From NCBI GenBank assembly GCA_965262115.1, contig OZ253496.1, positions 2,144,001-2,208,000 on the forward strand: a stretch of DNA of 64,000 nt, given 5' to 3'. Below are positions 8,753-19,155 of the stretch, piece by piece. Below the pieces are notes generated by a model. The model ran no database searches. It was given only the letters and a program-made list of their open reading frames with translations, and was not told the DNA's origin. The translations under genes were made by a program, and so were the position numbers. Position 1 is the first letter of the stretch. Every line of letters starts with the position of its first letter. The DNA comes from Nitrospinales bacterium. Its GTDB lineage: Bacteria; Nitrospinota; Nitrospinia; Nitrospinales; VA-1.

Positions 8753-9349
8753 ATGACCAGGAACAAACTTATTCTGGCGTCGCAATCTCCCCGCCGGTTG
8801 GAACTGTTAAAGCAGATTACCGACCAATTTGAAGTCGTCCCCAGTTCGATAGAGGAGAAACTCGATTATGGGCTGCGTCCGGAAGAGAACGCTCGAATAC
8901 TGGCCCGTGCCAAGGCCGAAAGTGTCGCTAAAAATTATCCCGACTGCTGGGTGATCGGCGCCGACACCCTCGTAACGCTACATCAGGAAATTTTGGGGAA
9001 GCCTGTAGATGTCCCCGACGCCGAAAGAATGCTCCGCCGGTTGAGCGGCAAGGAACATCGCGTTGCCACCGGTATCTGTGTTGTCAGTCCGGGGAAAACC
9101 CTCGGTAAAGCCATAACCTCAAAGGTGCGCTTTAAACCTCTAACCGATGAAGAAATATCAAACTATATCCAAACCGGCGAACCGATGGATAAAGCCGGAG
9201 CCTATGCCATTCAGGGTAAGGGCAGTTTTATGATCCGCGAATTTTCCGGCTCAGAAACCAATATCATCGGGCTCCCCATCGACGAACTGAAAACCCTCCT
9301 TGAAAAAACCGGATTCCTTCCACAACCCCGGCAGGCGAAAGAACCTTGA
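8753..9349 (+). CDS. maf: Maf-family nucleoside triphosphate pyrophosphatase
   Basis: LILASQSPRR, IGADT, GEPMDKAGAYAIQG; start moved to ATG 8753. Confidence 0.94.
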   Translation: MTRNKLILASQSPRRLELLKQITDQFEVVPSSIEEKLDYGLRPEENARILARAKAESVAKNYPDCWVIGADTLVTLHQEILGKPVDVPDAERMLRRLSGKEHRVATGICVVSPGKTLGKAITSKVRFKPLTDEEISNYIQTGEPMDKAGAYAIQGKGSFMIREFSGSETNIIGLPIDELKTLLEKTGFLPQPRQAKEP

Positions 9350-9467
9350 CATTTCAACCAGGTTGAGCGTTTTAAACTGAATGGTTTTTTAGAAATTGCT
9401 TGCGAACCAAGGCATTTGTAATTTAATTTAGAGGTATAGTCTGCTTATCAATGACTGGGAAAGAGGA

Positions 9468-9698
9468 ATGTTTAAATCAAAAAATAATCTGGAGATCCAC
9501 GGTCACTGCCAAAAATGTCAAGGGCCAATTTTTCTGAACAGTACTGTGGACTGGTATGGCAATACCGTGCTGAGCCTCAATTGCTGGAATGGCCATTACC
9601 AGTGGATCAATATAGAAAATATTGAGGAGGCCAAAAACCTCGCACCAGAAACCAAGCGGTCCCTCGTCACCCATATCAGCTTTTTTGATTTGTCATGA
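9468..9698 (+). CDS. Small hypothetical protein, possible zinc ribbon
   Basis: RBS GAGG; CQKC...CWNGH; ATGA overlap with the next gene. Confidence 0.7.
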   Translation: MFKSKNNLEIHGHCQKCQGPIFLNSTVDWYGNTVLSLNCWNGHYQWINIENIEEAKNLAPETKRSLVTHISFFDLS

Positions 9699-10486
9699 CC
9701 TCCAGGCGCCCCCGTCCTTATCGCCTAATTTCATTCCTTTTATTTTATTCGGTCATTTTTCTTTATTCTCCCGCCAAGGCCCAGCCTGAACCGCCTCTCG
9801 GAATGATCTATATCCCCCAGGGATATTTTCAAATGGGCACCACTTCAGGTAAGGAGGATGAAACGCCCGTGCATTTCGTTTTCACTCCCGGATATTTCAT
9901 CGACAAGTATGAAGTGAGCAACAAGGACTACTCAGCCTTCATGCAAGCCACCGGACACCCTGCCCCGAAGCTCTGGAAAGATTCCCGGTTCAACGAACCC
10001 GATCAGCCCGTAGTCGGTGTGAACTGGCACGATGCCATGGCGTACGCCAAGTGGAAAGGACGAAGACTGCCTACGGAAGCAGAATGGGAAAAGGCCGCAC
10101 GGGGAAATGATGGCCGACTGTGGCCATGGGGAAGAAAATTCGACAAGGGTTTCAACTTTTTCTTCCTCAATATTTTTGGGGAAAACGACAACTACCCTTT
10201 CACCGCGCCGGTCAACTATTACCACTCCGGCGTCAGCCCTTTCGGGTTATACAATACGGCGGGAAACGTCTGGGAGTGGTGTCTGGATTGGTATGACGAA
10301 AACTATTATCGCATCAGCCCCGAAATCAATCCGGAAGGCCCACAGGGTCCGCTGAAAATGAAAGTGCTCAGAGGGGGTTCCTGGGTCAACAACATTGACG
10401 GGGTAAAAGTTGTCAACCGCGCCCGCAACCTTCCCCATATTAAAAACGAAACTTACGGATTCCGCACCGCGCAATCCCTCCAGTGA
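9695..10486 (+). CDS. Formylglycine-generating enzyme (SUMF1) domain protein, secreted
   Basis: Signal peptide, RLPTEAEWEKAARG, GNVWEW, RGGSW, GFR. Confidence 0.9.
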   Translation: MTSRRPRPYRLISFLLFYSVIFLYSPAKAQPEPPLGMIYIPQGYFQMGTTSGKEDETPVHFVFTPGYFIDKYEVSNKDYSAFMQATGHPAPKLWKDSRFNEPDQPVVGVNWHDAMAYAKWKGRRLPTEAEWEKAARGNDGRLWPWGRKFDKGFNFFFLNIFGENDNYPFTAPVNYYHSGVSPFGLYNTAGNVWEWCLDWYDENYYRISPEINPEGPQGPLKMKVLRGGSWVNNIDGVKVVNRARNLPHIKNETYGFRTAQSLQ

Positions 10487-11703
10487 ACCAGATATCTAAC
10501 AGACTAGCCATCTTCTCCTGGTCTCTCTACGATTTTGCCAACACCATTTTTTCCATGAACGTGATCTCTCTGTATTTCGCGTTGTGGGTTACGGTGGATC
10601 ATGACGGTCAGGACATTTTATACAGCACTGCCCTTTCACTTTCCATGCTGGCGGTGGCCTTGAGCGTCCCTGTTTTTGGAGCGCTTTCAGACACGACCGG
10701 CAAGCGCAGGACCCCGCTGATCGCACTCACCCTGCTTTGCGTTTTCTGCACCGGACTGATCGGCACCACCGACCATCTTTGGACCGGCCTGATTTTGTTC
10801 ATGGTGGCCAATTACGGTTACCAATCGGCGTTGGTTTTTTATAATGGCATGCTCCCCTCCATTTCACGAGGCAGCCATGTCGGCCTCGTTTCCGGGTACG
10901 GAGTGTCCCTCGGTTATCTCGGTTCCATCCTTGGCATGTTAATGGTGCAACGCTTTGTGGAATCTGACGGGCGTTCTGCGGCCTTTCTTCCCACTGCCGG
11001 ATTGCTGTTACTTTTCTCTCTACCCTGTTTTCTGTTTGTTAAAGATCCCGAAACCGGGCGATCCGCCCCGCCTGTCCGCATTAAAGAAGCCTTCAACACA
11101 CTCAAACAAACTTTTCTTCGCGTCAGACAATACCGTTCCCTGTTCCGGTTTATCCTGATTCATTTTCTGGTTCTCGATGCGGTGAACACCATTATTGCGT
11201 TCATGGCGGTTTATGCCAGCAAAGTGATCGGATTCAGCGGTGGTCAGATCACAAAATTTTTAATCTCCTCAACAGTCTGCGCGATGATCGGATCATGGGT
11301 CATCGGCATTCTCGTCAAACATAAAGGCATCATCTGGTCTTACTGGCTGGTTTTGGCGCTCTGGATCGCCTCCCTCTCACTGGCCGCTACAAGCCAGAGC
11401 GAGGCCTTGTTCTGGTTGGTGGGTCCTTTAGCCGGGGTGGGCATGGGCGGGGTTTGGGTGGTCAGCCGGGCTTTCATAACCGAACTTTCCCCTCCTGAAA
11501 AAGTCGGGGAATTTTTCGGATTGTACGGGATGGCGGGCAAGGCGGCATCCATCATAGGCCCACTGCTATGGGGAGGAGTGGTCTGGACTCTGGACACGAC
11601 TGGGACGCTCAAATATCGAGTCGCGGTAACAGTACTGCTGGCCACCGTAGTTGTAGCGGCTTTTCTTTTCCGTGGCCTGGCCCGACAATTACGACATCAA
11701 TAA
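10483..11703 (+). CDS. MFS transporter (UMF1/Atg22-like)
   Basis: WSLYDFANT, about 12 hydrophobic segments, EFFGLY. Confidence 0.88.
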   Translation: MNQISNRLAIFSWSLYDFANTIFSMNVISLYFALWVTVDHDGQDILYSTALSLSMLAVALSVPVFGALSDTTGKRRTPLIALTLLCVFCTGLIGTTDHLWTGLILFMVANYGYQSALVFYNGMLPSISRGSHVGLVSGYGVSLGYLGSILGMLMVQRFVESDGRSAAFLPTAGLLLLFSLPCFLFVKDPETGRSAPPVRIKEAFNTLKQTFLRVRQYRSLFRFILIHFLVLDAVNTIIAFMAVYASKVIGFSGGQITKFLISSTVCAMIGSWVIGILVKHKGIIWSYWLVLALWIASLSLAATSQSEALFWLVGPLAGVGMGGVWVVSRAFITELSPPEKVGEFFGLYGMAGKAASIIGPLLWGGVVWTLDTTGTLKYRVAVTVLLATVVVAAFLFRGLARQLRHQ

Positions 11704-11797
11704 ATCGGTTGACATTGATAGGTCGAATGATTAGTTTTAGTACATCTGTCAAATTTTAAACCGCCTGCATATTTTCTGAAAGCATCGTAGAGAAAGG

Positions 11798-12811
11798 GTG
11801 ACCCCGATGGCACGATTCGTTTCCTTGAGTTTATATTTTATCCTGTTTGGCGCAGGACTCTTAATTTTCGCCCACCCTACAAAAGCCTGGGCTCATTCCG
11901 GCCATAAACACGATGAACTAAAAATAAAACTTCCAAAAGTGGTGGCTCAGGTTAACGGACACGATATCAGCGGCGATGCTATTTCCCGCGAATTGAAAAA
12001 AGCCACACAGAAATATAAAAAACGCGGCATGCCCCTCAATGCCGATCAGGAAAAATCTGCCGCCAAAAAATTGATCAACGACGAAATCGGACGCACCCTG
12101 CTCGTCTTGAAGGCGAAAGAATCGGGAATCAATATTACAAAAGAAATGATGGAAGAACGGATTAATAAAGTGAAAGCCGGATTCCGTTCAGATGCCATTT
12201 TCGAACATAAACTTGCCAACCGAGGCATGACCCTGGACCAATATAAAGCAGAACTTGAAACCGATTTATATATGGACCAGATCATAAAAAAAGAAATCGA
12301 ACCTAAAATTCAGGTTCCTGAAAACGAAATCCGTGATTACTACGAAAAAAATAAGTTCACCAGCCAGGAAAAAGTCCGGGCCAGTATCATCATTTTGAAA
12401 TTTAATCCCTCAGCAGGAAAAGCTGGAGAACAGAAAGTCCTTAAGAAATTCGAGTCCATCCTCGACCAGCTCCGTAATGGAGCCGATTTTGCCGCGATGG
12501 CCAGGAAGTTTTCTCAGGACAGTTTGGCTTCTAAAGGAGGCGATTTGGGATTCTTCACCCGAAAACAAATGCTTCCGGCTTTCAGCAACAGAGCTTATAA
12601 AATGAAGGCTGGCGAAGTCAGCGATATTTTCCGCACCGGACATGGATTCCACGTGCTGAAAGTCACCGACAAAAAACCGGCGGGGACCAGTCCTTTTGAG
12701 GCAGAAAAAGAAAAAATCAAAACCTTTCTCAGCCAGAAGAAAAGCTCAAAAGCCACTCAAGACTATATCGAAGCCCTTAAAAAACAGGCAAAAATAAAAA
12801 CCTACTTCTAA
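11798..12811 (+). CDS. SurA/PrsA-like parvulin peptidyl-prolyl isomerase
   Basis: Signal peptide, SurA-type N domain, FAAMARKFSQD..SKGGDLGFF, GFHVLKV. Confidence 0.88.
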   Translation: MTPMARFVSLSLYFILFGAGLLIFAHPTKAWAHSGHKHDELKIKLPKVVAQVNGHDISGDAISRELKKATQKYKKRGMPLNADQEKSAAKKLINDEIGRTLLVLKAKESGINITKEMMEERINKVKAGFRSDAIFEHKLANRGMTLDQYKAELETDLYMDQIIKKEIEPKIQVPENEIRDYYEKNKFTSQEKVRASIIILKFNPSAGKAGEQKVLKKFESILDQLRNGADFAAMARKFSQDSLASKGGDLGFFTRKQMLPAFSNRAYKMKAGEVSDIFRTGHGFHVLKVTDKKPAGTSPFEAEKEKIKTFLSQKKSSKATQDYIEALKKQAKIKTYF

Positions 12812-12868
12812 GAACATCTAATTTTGAAAATGCGTTTTAAGGCAAAAAATCAACTTGCGGATATAAAT

Positions 12869-13217
12869 ATGAAAAAGATTCTGGTTCTTGGGTGCTTTTT
12901 TATTACAGGTGTCTTCATGGTAGCAGTTTTATCCGGTTGTGACTTCCGCAGCACAAAAAGCATGGGAAAGCCGTAGTACCGAGGACCAGGTTACCGACTC
13001 AAAAATTCATACTGGAATTCTGAACAAATTAAAGAATAAAGGCAAAGGTCTGCTTCTGGATGTGAGTGTTGATGTCTGGGAACAAAGGGTGCTTCTTACA
13101 GGAACCCTGGATGATTCGGGGTTGCGCTCTGAAATAGAAAGCCTCGCCAAACAGGACTCGCGTATTAAAATTCTTCACAACTATATTCAGGCAGTGACAA
13201 CGACTTTATTCCGTTAA
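12869..13217 (+). pseudogene. BON-domain lipoprotein, frameshifted just after the lipobox
   Basis: ATG 12869 encodes MKKILVLG...LSGC then stops at TAG; the BON domain (VDVWEQRVLLTG) continues in the +1 frame from 12939. Confidence 0.7.
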
Positions 13218-13248
13218 AACACCTCTACCAATCAACTGACAATAGAAC

Positions 13249-13320
13249 GTCATCGCGAGCCACAAAGTGGCGTGGCGATCCAGCTTCTGGATTGGATTGC
13301 TTCGCTCTGCTCGCAATGAC
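13249..13320. repeat. Palindromic interspersed element GTCATCGCGAG...CTCGCAATGAC between convergent genes (possible terminator)
   Basis: Nested inverted repeats visible in the sequence. Confidence 0.7.
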
Positions 13321-13340
13321 AAAACCCCGAGTGAGGGAAA

Positions 13341-13514
13341 TTACTTTTTTTTGGATTTGCTACCATCGATCTGGCTGAGTTTGCGCTTAACGGTTTTTTG
13401 TTTGTCCTTGTCGAAATCGACTTTCAGATAAACCGTTTTATCAAATAGTTTTTGAACCGTACCTTCTTTTTTCTTACCGGCAAAATCGAATTTGATCTTG
13501 TCTCCCACTTTCAT
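13341..13514 (-). CDS. 57-aa basic hypothetical protein (KOW/SH3-like pattern), not in the ORF track
   Basis: Manual translation MKVGDKIKFDFAGKKKEGTVQKLFDKTVYLKVDFDKDKQKTVKRKLSQIDGSKSKKK; GGGAGAG upstream. Confidence 0.75.
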   Translation of the reverse strand: MKVGDKIKFDFAGKKKEGTVQKLFDKTVYLKVDFDKDKQKTVKRKLSQIDGSKSKKK

Positions 13515-13692
13515 AGCTTCATCTCTCCCTGAAAATCAAAAATCTGCCCACGACAATATTTGAGCAATTATAACAACCACTGCGCTTTGAAAAAATTGAG
13601 ATTAGAGCAAAACAGGCAATGAGTCAAGAACTCGTTACCCTCCACGCCCACTGGGTGGTACAATCATAGAAATTTTTAAGACCCTGCCCGAA

Positions 13693-15984
13693 ATGAATAC
13701 CCAGACTCAGATAGAAATTAAATCTTTTGAAGCGAACCCCTCCCCTGCGCAGTTTGCCGAAGTGGTGTTCAACCTTCCTCTTAAGGAGGCGTTCACCTAC
13801 ACCATTCCGCCTGAATTACTCGGCAAGGTTCGAATCGGCATGCGGGTTCTGGTACCTTTTGGTAGAAGAAAGATTACCGGCTATGTCGTCCACTTTGCGA
13901 ATAAATGGGACAAGCCCATCGCCCTTAAATCCATCTCCGACCTGCCCGACACCGGACCTGTGGTGAACGAAGAGGTATTGGCTCTCACCAAGTGGTTGGC
14001 GGGTTACTACCAGTCTTCCTGGGGCGAAGCCATCCGCTGCGCCCTGCCAGCCGGACTCGACAACAAAAGCCGGGATATCGGCTACCAGCTCATCAAGTCG
14101 GTACGCCTCGCCAGCCCTTTACCCGACGAGAAAGAAATAGAACGCCTGCTCAAACGCAGTCCCAAACAAAAACTGGTGTTCGACCTAATCAGGCAAAAAG
14201 AAATCAACCTGCCGGAACTGCAAACCCGAATCCCAAAAAGCCAGGCCGCATTACGCAGACTTAAAGAAAAACGACTGGTAGAAGTTTTTACCAAGAAAAA
14301 AGTGCGCGAGGCTTTCGTTCCCGAAGATGCAATGACCCGGCCTTTCGGCGAATCTTTGACATTCACTCCAGAGCAACAAAAAATATTCAAACAACTCAAT
14401 CTCGCTATTGAAGCCGGTAAATACGAATCGTTTTTATTGCACGGCGTAACAGGAAGCGGCAAGACTGAAATCTACATCCGTTGTATTCAGCGCGTTCTTG
14501 AAATGGGCAAAACCGCCATCATGATGGTTCCCGAAATCTCCCTCACCCCGCAGACTGTAGAACGGTTTCGTCAAAGGTTCGGAGACCGGGTGGCTATTCT
14601 GCATAGCGGCCTATCGCAAACCGAACGTTATCTGGAATGGAAAAAGATCCATGATGGAAAAGTTTCGATCGCGGTCGGAGCCCGCTCGGCCGTTTTCGCA
14701 CCCTTCAAGAAGCTGGGCATTGTGGTGATTGATGAAGAACACGATGGCTCTTATAAACAGGATTCCAATCCCCGCTACCACGCCCGCGATACTGCCGTCA
14801 TGCGGGCTCGGTCGTTGAATGCCATCGTCATTATGGGCTCGGCGACCCCTTCCCTGGAATCGACACAAAACACGCGGCTGGGAAAATATCAATACCTGTC
14901 CCTGGAAAGCCGGGTCGGCGAACGCATGCTGCCGCTCGTCAGCCTCGTGGATATGAAAAAGGAGCGCAAGAAATTTAAAAATTTTGCCATGCTTTCCGGA
15001 ACCCTGCGCAGCGCGATTAGCGACAGGCTTTCCCGCAAGGAACAAGTTTTTCTGTTTCTCAATCGCCGCGGAACAGCCCGATTTGTTTTTTGCCCTGACT
15101 GTGGATACGTATTAGAATGTGCCCATTGCAGTGTCACCCTCACCTTTCACGGCAAGGATGACCGCCTGCTCTGTCATTATTGCAATTTCAGGGCACGCAT
15201 GCCCGGCCACTGCGTCGAATGCCACGGAGAAGTGATTCGCTTCAGCGGATTCGGCACTCAGAAACTGGAAGAAGAAGTTAAAAAACTTTTCCCGGATGCC
15301 CGTGTAACCCGGCTGGATCGGGACACCACCCGTGGCCGCGACTCTTTCGCCACCATGCACCGGAATATGAACGCCGGGAACATCGACATCCTCATCGGCA
15401 CACAAATGATCACTAAAGGACATGATTTCCCCAACGTCACGCTGGTCGGGGTGGTGCATGCTGATCTGTCCCTGAGTATACCGGATTTCAGATCGTGCGA
15501 GCGGTCGTTCCAGTTGTTGACCCAGGTTGCGGGCCGGGCAGGACGAGGGCAGGTACCCGGAAAGGTGATCATTCAGACTAACAATCCCGACCATTATATG
15601 TTTGCGTTTGTCCGGGAACACGATGTGAACGCTTTCCACGAGAAGGAATTGAAGCTGCGACAGCAACTCAACTATCCTCCATTCACCCGGCTTGTTGCCA
15701 TCGAAGTTATCAGCGAGAATGAATCTTTAGGGCAGAGCACCGCCCAAAAACTGGGGCGGGCTCTCAACCAGCAGGCAATCTCAGGAGTAGAAATATTAGG
15801 TCCGTCCAAAGCAGCCCTGTATCAGATTCAAAATAAATTCCGTTGGCATTTAATATTGCGCAGTCAGAACATGCAGGCCCTGCAAGGCCTTCTGGTAAGT
15901 TGCCGTGAACTCAATGACCTTAAATCTGCCTCCGGCGGAAAAATAAAAATTGCCATCGATGTAGACCCCTTCAACCTGCTATAA
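13693..15984 (+). CDS. priA: Primosomal protein N'
   Basis: GVTGSGKTE, DEEH, four CxxC zinc motifs, QVAGRAGR. Confidence 0.97.
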   Translation: MNTQTQIEIKSFEANPSPAQFAEVVFNLPLKEAFTYTIPPELLGKVRIGMRVLVPFGRRKITGYVVHFANKWDKPIALKSISDLPDTGPVVNEEVLALTKWLAGYYQSSWGEAIRCALPAGLDNKSRDIGYQLIKSVRLASPLPDEKEIERLLKRSPKQKLVFDLIRQKEINLPELQTRIPKSQAALRRLKEKRLVEVFTKKKVREAFVPEDAMTRPFGESLTFTPEQQKIFKQLNLAIEAGKYESFLLHGVTGSGKTEIYIRCIQRVLEMGKTAIMMVPEISLTPQTVERFRQRFGDRVAILHSGLSQTERYLEWKKIHDGKVSIAVGARSAVFAPFKKLGIVVIDEEHDGSYKQDSNPRYHARDTAVMRARSLNAIVIMGSATPSLESTQNTRLGKYQYLSLESRVGERMLPLVSLVDMKKERKKFKNFAMLSGTLRSAISDRLSRKEQVFLFLNRRGTARFVFCPDCGYVLECAHCSVTLTFHGKDDRLLCHYCNFRARMPGHCVECHGEVIRFSGFGTQKLEEEVKKLFPDARVTRLDRDTTRGRDSFATMHRNMNAGNIDILIGTQMITKGHDFPNVTLVGVVHADLSLSIPDFRSCERSFQLLTQVAGRAGRGQVPGKVIIQTNNPDHYMFAFVREHDVNAFHEKELKLRQQLNYPPFTRLVAIEVISENESLGQSTAQKLGRALNQQAISGVEILGPSKAALYQIQNKFRWHLILRSQNMQALQGLLVSCRELNDLKSASGGKIKIAIDVDPFNLL

Positions 15985-16030
15985 ACCTGATTAGACAAAC
16001 CACCATCAACCCTAATTTGAAATCTCATTC

Positions 16031-16618
16031 ATGAAATTTATTCGCTCCATGTACGATTGGGTCCTACATTGGGCCGCCACCCCTTACGCGCTTCCGGCGT
16101 TATTTTTTATTTCGTTCGTCGAATCATCATTTTTCCCGATCCCGCCGGATATTTTATTGATCGCTATGACGGTCGCGGTACCAGCATTGTGGATCCGATT
16201 TTCCCTCTTCTGCTCTGTGGCATCTGTTCTGGGAGGAATGTTTGGTTATTTCATCGGCTACCAGTTCATGGACCTGATCGGCAATGGTATCGTGGAGTTC
16301 TATCATTTGCAGGCCAAATTTGAGAAAATAGGTGCTCTCTATGACGAGCATCAGGCGTGGGCTGTTGCTGCAGTGGGCTTCACCCCTTTGCCTTATAAAA
16401 TTTTCACTTTGGCGGCAGGGGCATTTAAAATTAATTTCCCAACTTTTGTTCTGGCATCGGCCATCAGTCGTTCAGCCCGGTTCTTTCTGGTCGCATTTAT
16501 AATTCATAAATTCGGACCACCCATTAAGATGTGGATCGAAAAATATTTCAACCTTTTCAGCATCGTGTTTTTAATTCTGCTTTTTTTAGGTTTTTATCTA
16601 TTAAAATTTGCGCTTTGA
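16031..16618 (+). CDS. DedA/YqaA-family membrane protein
   Basis: ESSFFPIPPD, GFTPLPYK. Confidence 0.88.
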   Translation: MKFIRSMYDWVLHWAATPYALPALFFISFVESSFFPIPPDILLIAMTVAVPALWIRFSLFCSVASVLGGMFGYFIGYQFMDLIGNGIVEFYHLQAKFEKIGALYDEHQAWAVAAVGFTPLPYKIFTLAAGAFKINFPTFVLASAISRSARFFLVAFIIHKFGPPIKMWIEKYFNLFSIVFLILLFLGFYLLKFAL

Positions 16619-16630
16619 CGGAGTCTTGCC

Positions 16631-16957
16631 ATGAGTGAACATTGCGTACTATTCATCACCGCTGGGTCCAAAGAGGAAGCGGACAAAATAAGCCAAGGAC
16701 TGGTCAACGACAAACTGGCATTCTGCGTCAGCGTCATTCCAAAAATTCAGTCGACCTATTACTGGGAAGACAAAATCCATGTGGACGAAGAGTTTCTCTT
16801 AATCGTCAAAACCCGGAAAGACCGTTATGACGCCCTGGAAACATGGGTCAAAATAAACCACAGCTATGAGGTTCCGGAGATCATCGCCCTGCCTATCGAG
16901 CAGGGTCTTCCCGCATACCTGTCGGGAATTGATGACTGGGTCATAAAAAAAGACTGA
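16631..16957 (+). CDS. cutA: Divalent-cation tolerance protein CutA
   Basis: STYYWE, LIVKT, HSYEVPEII. Confidence 0.92.
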   Translation: MSEHCVLFITAGSKEEADKISQGLVNDKLAFCVSVIPKIQSTYYWEDKIHVDEEFLLIVKTRKDRYDALETWVKINHSYEVPEIIALPIEQGLPAYLSGIDDWVIKKD

Positions 16958-16963
16958 CAAACC

Positions 16964-17932
16964 ATGCCCCATATCCACATAAAAAAGGAATGGGAAATTT
17001 CAGACAATTTGGCCACGCCGGAGTCAACCTACCTTCGCCGGCGGGAATTTCTCAAAGGCACGGCTCTGACCACTGCCGCCACTATTGGAGTGCTTTATGG
17101 TTGTGGTCCTTCTTCTCCACCCAATGTTCTTCCTGAAGTGAAATGGAATGAACTAGAAAAATCCATTTATCCCGCTAAAAGAAATCCGAAGTACGAGTTG
17201 GACCGTCCCATAACTGTGGAAAAAATCGCCGCCACCTACAATAATTTTTATGAGTTCGGAAGCGGAAAAATCGACCCGGTGCATTACGCACAAAAACTCA
17301 ACATCCGCCCCTGGACTATTCAGGTTGGCGGACTGGTCAACAAGCCCACGACGTTCAACATAAATGACTTGTTAAAAACCATGCCCATTGAAGAACGTGT
17401 ATTGCGACTGCGATGCGTCGAAGCTTGGGCCATGGCCGTGCCCTGGACCGGATTCCCGTTTTCGCAACTTCTTAAAAAGATCGAACCCAAAGCGAAAGCC
17501 ACTCATGTGAGGCTGGAAACTTTTTACCAGCCGTTCACCGCCCAGGGCCAGCTGGCATTCTGGGAGCCGTGGCCCTATGTCGAAGGATTGACGATTAAAG
17601 AAGCAATGAACGAACTGGCGTTTTTAGCCACCGGCATTTATGGACACCCGCTTCCCAAACAACATGGCGCACCAATCCGTCTGGTTGTGCCCTGGAAATA
17701 CGGGTTCAAGAGTATTAAGTCCATCGTCAAGATTGAGCTGGTCGACTACCGTCCCGCCACTTTCTGGAACACCCTGCAAGGACTGGAATACGATTTCACC
17801 GCCAATGTCGATCCGAGAATCCCGCACCCGCGCTGGCCACAGACGCGTGAAAAAATGATCGATACCGGAGACATCCGCCCCACTCTTCCCTATAATGGTT
17901 ATGGAGATTTTGTCGCCAAAATGTACACATAG
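16964..17932 (+). CDS. msrP: Periplasmic methionine sulfoxide reductase catalytic subunit
   Basis: Tat signal RREFLK, YNNFYEFG, RCVEAW, GAPIRLVVPWKYGFKSIK. Confidence 0.93.
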   Translation: MPHIHIKKEWEISDNLATPESTYLRRREFLKGTALTTAATIGVLYGCGPSSPPNVLPEVKWNELEKSIYPAKRNPKYELDRPITVEKIAATYNNFYEFGSGKIDPVHYAQKLNIRPWTIQVGGLVNKPTTFNINDLLKTMPIEERVLRLRCVEAWAMAVPWTGFPFSQLLKKIEPKAKATHVRLETFYQPFTAQGQLAFWEPWPYVEGLTIKEAMNELAFLATGIYGHPLPKQHGAPIRLVVPWKYGFKSIKSIVKIELVDYRPATFWNTLQGLEYDFTANVDPRIPHPRWPQTREKMIDTGDIRPTLPYNGYGDFVAKMYT

Positions 17933-18026
17933 AGCATTATTTAAAAATCAAACGCCTATCTGATTCATAGAGCCTTCGTTTACAGTGATTTGTTTATAAA
18001 CCTAGCATCTAAGTCTTAAAGCACTA

Positions 18027-18055
18027 TTGACACCATTAAACTTTTAATGAAGAAT
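18027..18055 (+). promoter_or_regulatory. Putative sigma70 promoter of the methylase with a palindromic spacer
   Basis: TTGACA-17-AAGAAT; the spacer contains the inverted repeat CATTAAA-CT-TTTAATG. Confidence 0.45.
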
Positions 18056-18102
18056 GCCTCAAAGTTAGACGCGAAAGGAACAGTGCAAATACAATTGGAA
18101 TT

Positions 18103-19149
18103 ATGAATAATTTTAATAAACAAGCTCCCCTTTTTAATAAACAGGAAACTGAAATCAACCCTTTTTTCCAAACTAAGTTGGGGAAAATTTATTTGGCCGA
18201 TTCGTTAAACTTAATGCGGTCTTTCAAAAAAAAGTCTATCAATCTTGTCTTGACTTCCCCTCCTTTTGGATTAGTTCGGAAAAAAGATTACGGAAATGTA
18301 GATGCGGATAAATACTTAGACTGGTTTCGGCCTTTCGCTAAAGAGTTTCATCGAATATTAAAGGACAATGGCTCATTTGTAATTGATATTGGTGGTTCAT
18401 GGATTCCCGGCCAACCCACTCGCTCCCTCTACCACTATGAATTATTGCTAATGTTTTGCAAAGAATTCGGTTTTCACTTGGCTCAAGAATTTTTTTGGTG
18501 GAACCCTTCTAAATTGCCAACACCTGCCGAGTGGGTAAATATTCGTCGAATTAGAGTCAAAGATGCCGTCAATTGTATTTGGTGGCTCTCCCCTACACCA
18601 TGGCCTAAAGCCTCAAACAAGAGAGTTTTGGTTCCTTATAGCAATTCCATGCAAGGCCTACTAAAAAATGGGTATAAAGCTAAGCTACGGCCTAGCGGGC
18701 ATGATATAAGTGAAAAGTTTTCAATTGATAATGGTGCTGCTATCCCTCCTAATTTAATAGCCATTGCGAACACTGAAAGCAACTCCAGTTACTTACGCCA
18801 ATGCAAACAAAATAACGTTAAGCCTCACCCGGCACGCTTTCCTGCAGAATTGCCTGAATATTTTATTCGAATGCTGACTGACAAAGGAAATCGGGTTTTT
18901 GATCCTTTTGCGGGTTCCTGTGTGACAGGCGAGGTAGCAGAGAGACTTGGAAGAAAGTGGATTTGCTCAGAAGTTAAAGAACAATATCTGGATGGGGCTT
19001 TATACCGCTTTCCAATTCAACCGCAGAATCTTCAAAAAAAATTTCCATCTTACAGCCTGTCCCATCCCGCAGCACTTTGGAATGGAACTTCCCAAGGCAC
19101 CCTATCAAAAGAAGGGGGACAAAACAGACCAAAAAAGAATAAGCGATAA
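18103..19149 (+). CDS. Beta-class DNA methyltransferase (probably N4-cytosine, M.PvuII-like)
   Basis: Catalytic TSPPF precedes the SAM-binding DPFAGS; HPARFP; AT-rich DNA. Confidence 0.92.
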   Translation: MNNFNKQAPLFNKQETEINPFFQTKLGKIYLADSLNLMRSFKKKSINLVLTSPPFGLVRKKDYGNVDADKYLDWFRPFAKEFHRILKDNGSFVIDIGGSWIPGQPTRSLYHYELLLMFCKEFGFHLAQEFFWWNPSKLPTPAEWVNIRRIRVKDAVNCIWWLSPTPWPKASNKRVLVPYSNSMQGLLKNGYKAKLRPSGHDISEKFSIDNGAAIPPNLIAIANTESNSSYLRQCKQNNVKPHPARFPAELPEYFIRMLTDKGNRVFDPFAGSCVTGEVAERLGRKWICSEVKEQYLDGALYRFPIQPQNLQKKFPSYSLSHPAALWNGTSQGTLSKEGGQNRPKKNKR

Positions 19150-19155
19150 CCTATA

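Noticed and set aside
17941..18022. Possible IS1595 end remnants (CCTATCTGAT also near 48800) at the edge of the methylase cassette
   Set aside because: The match is too short to support
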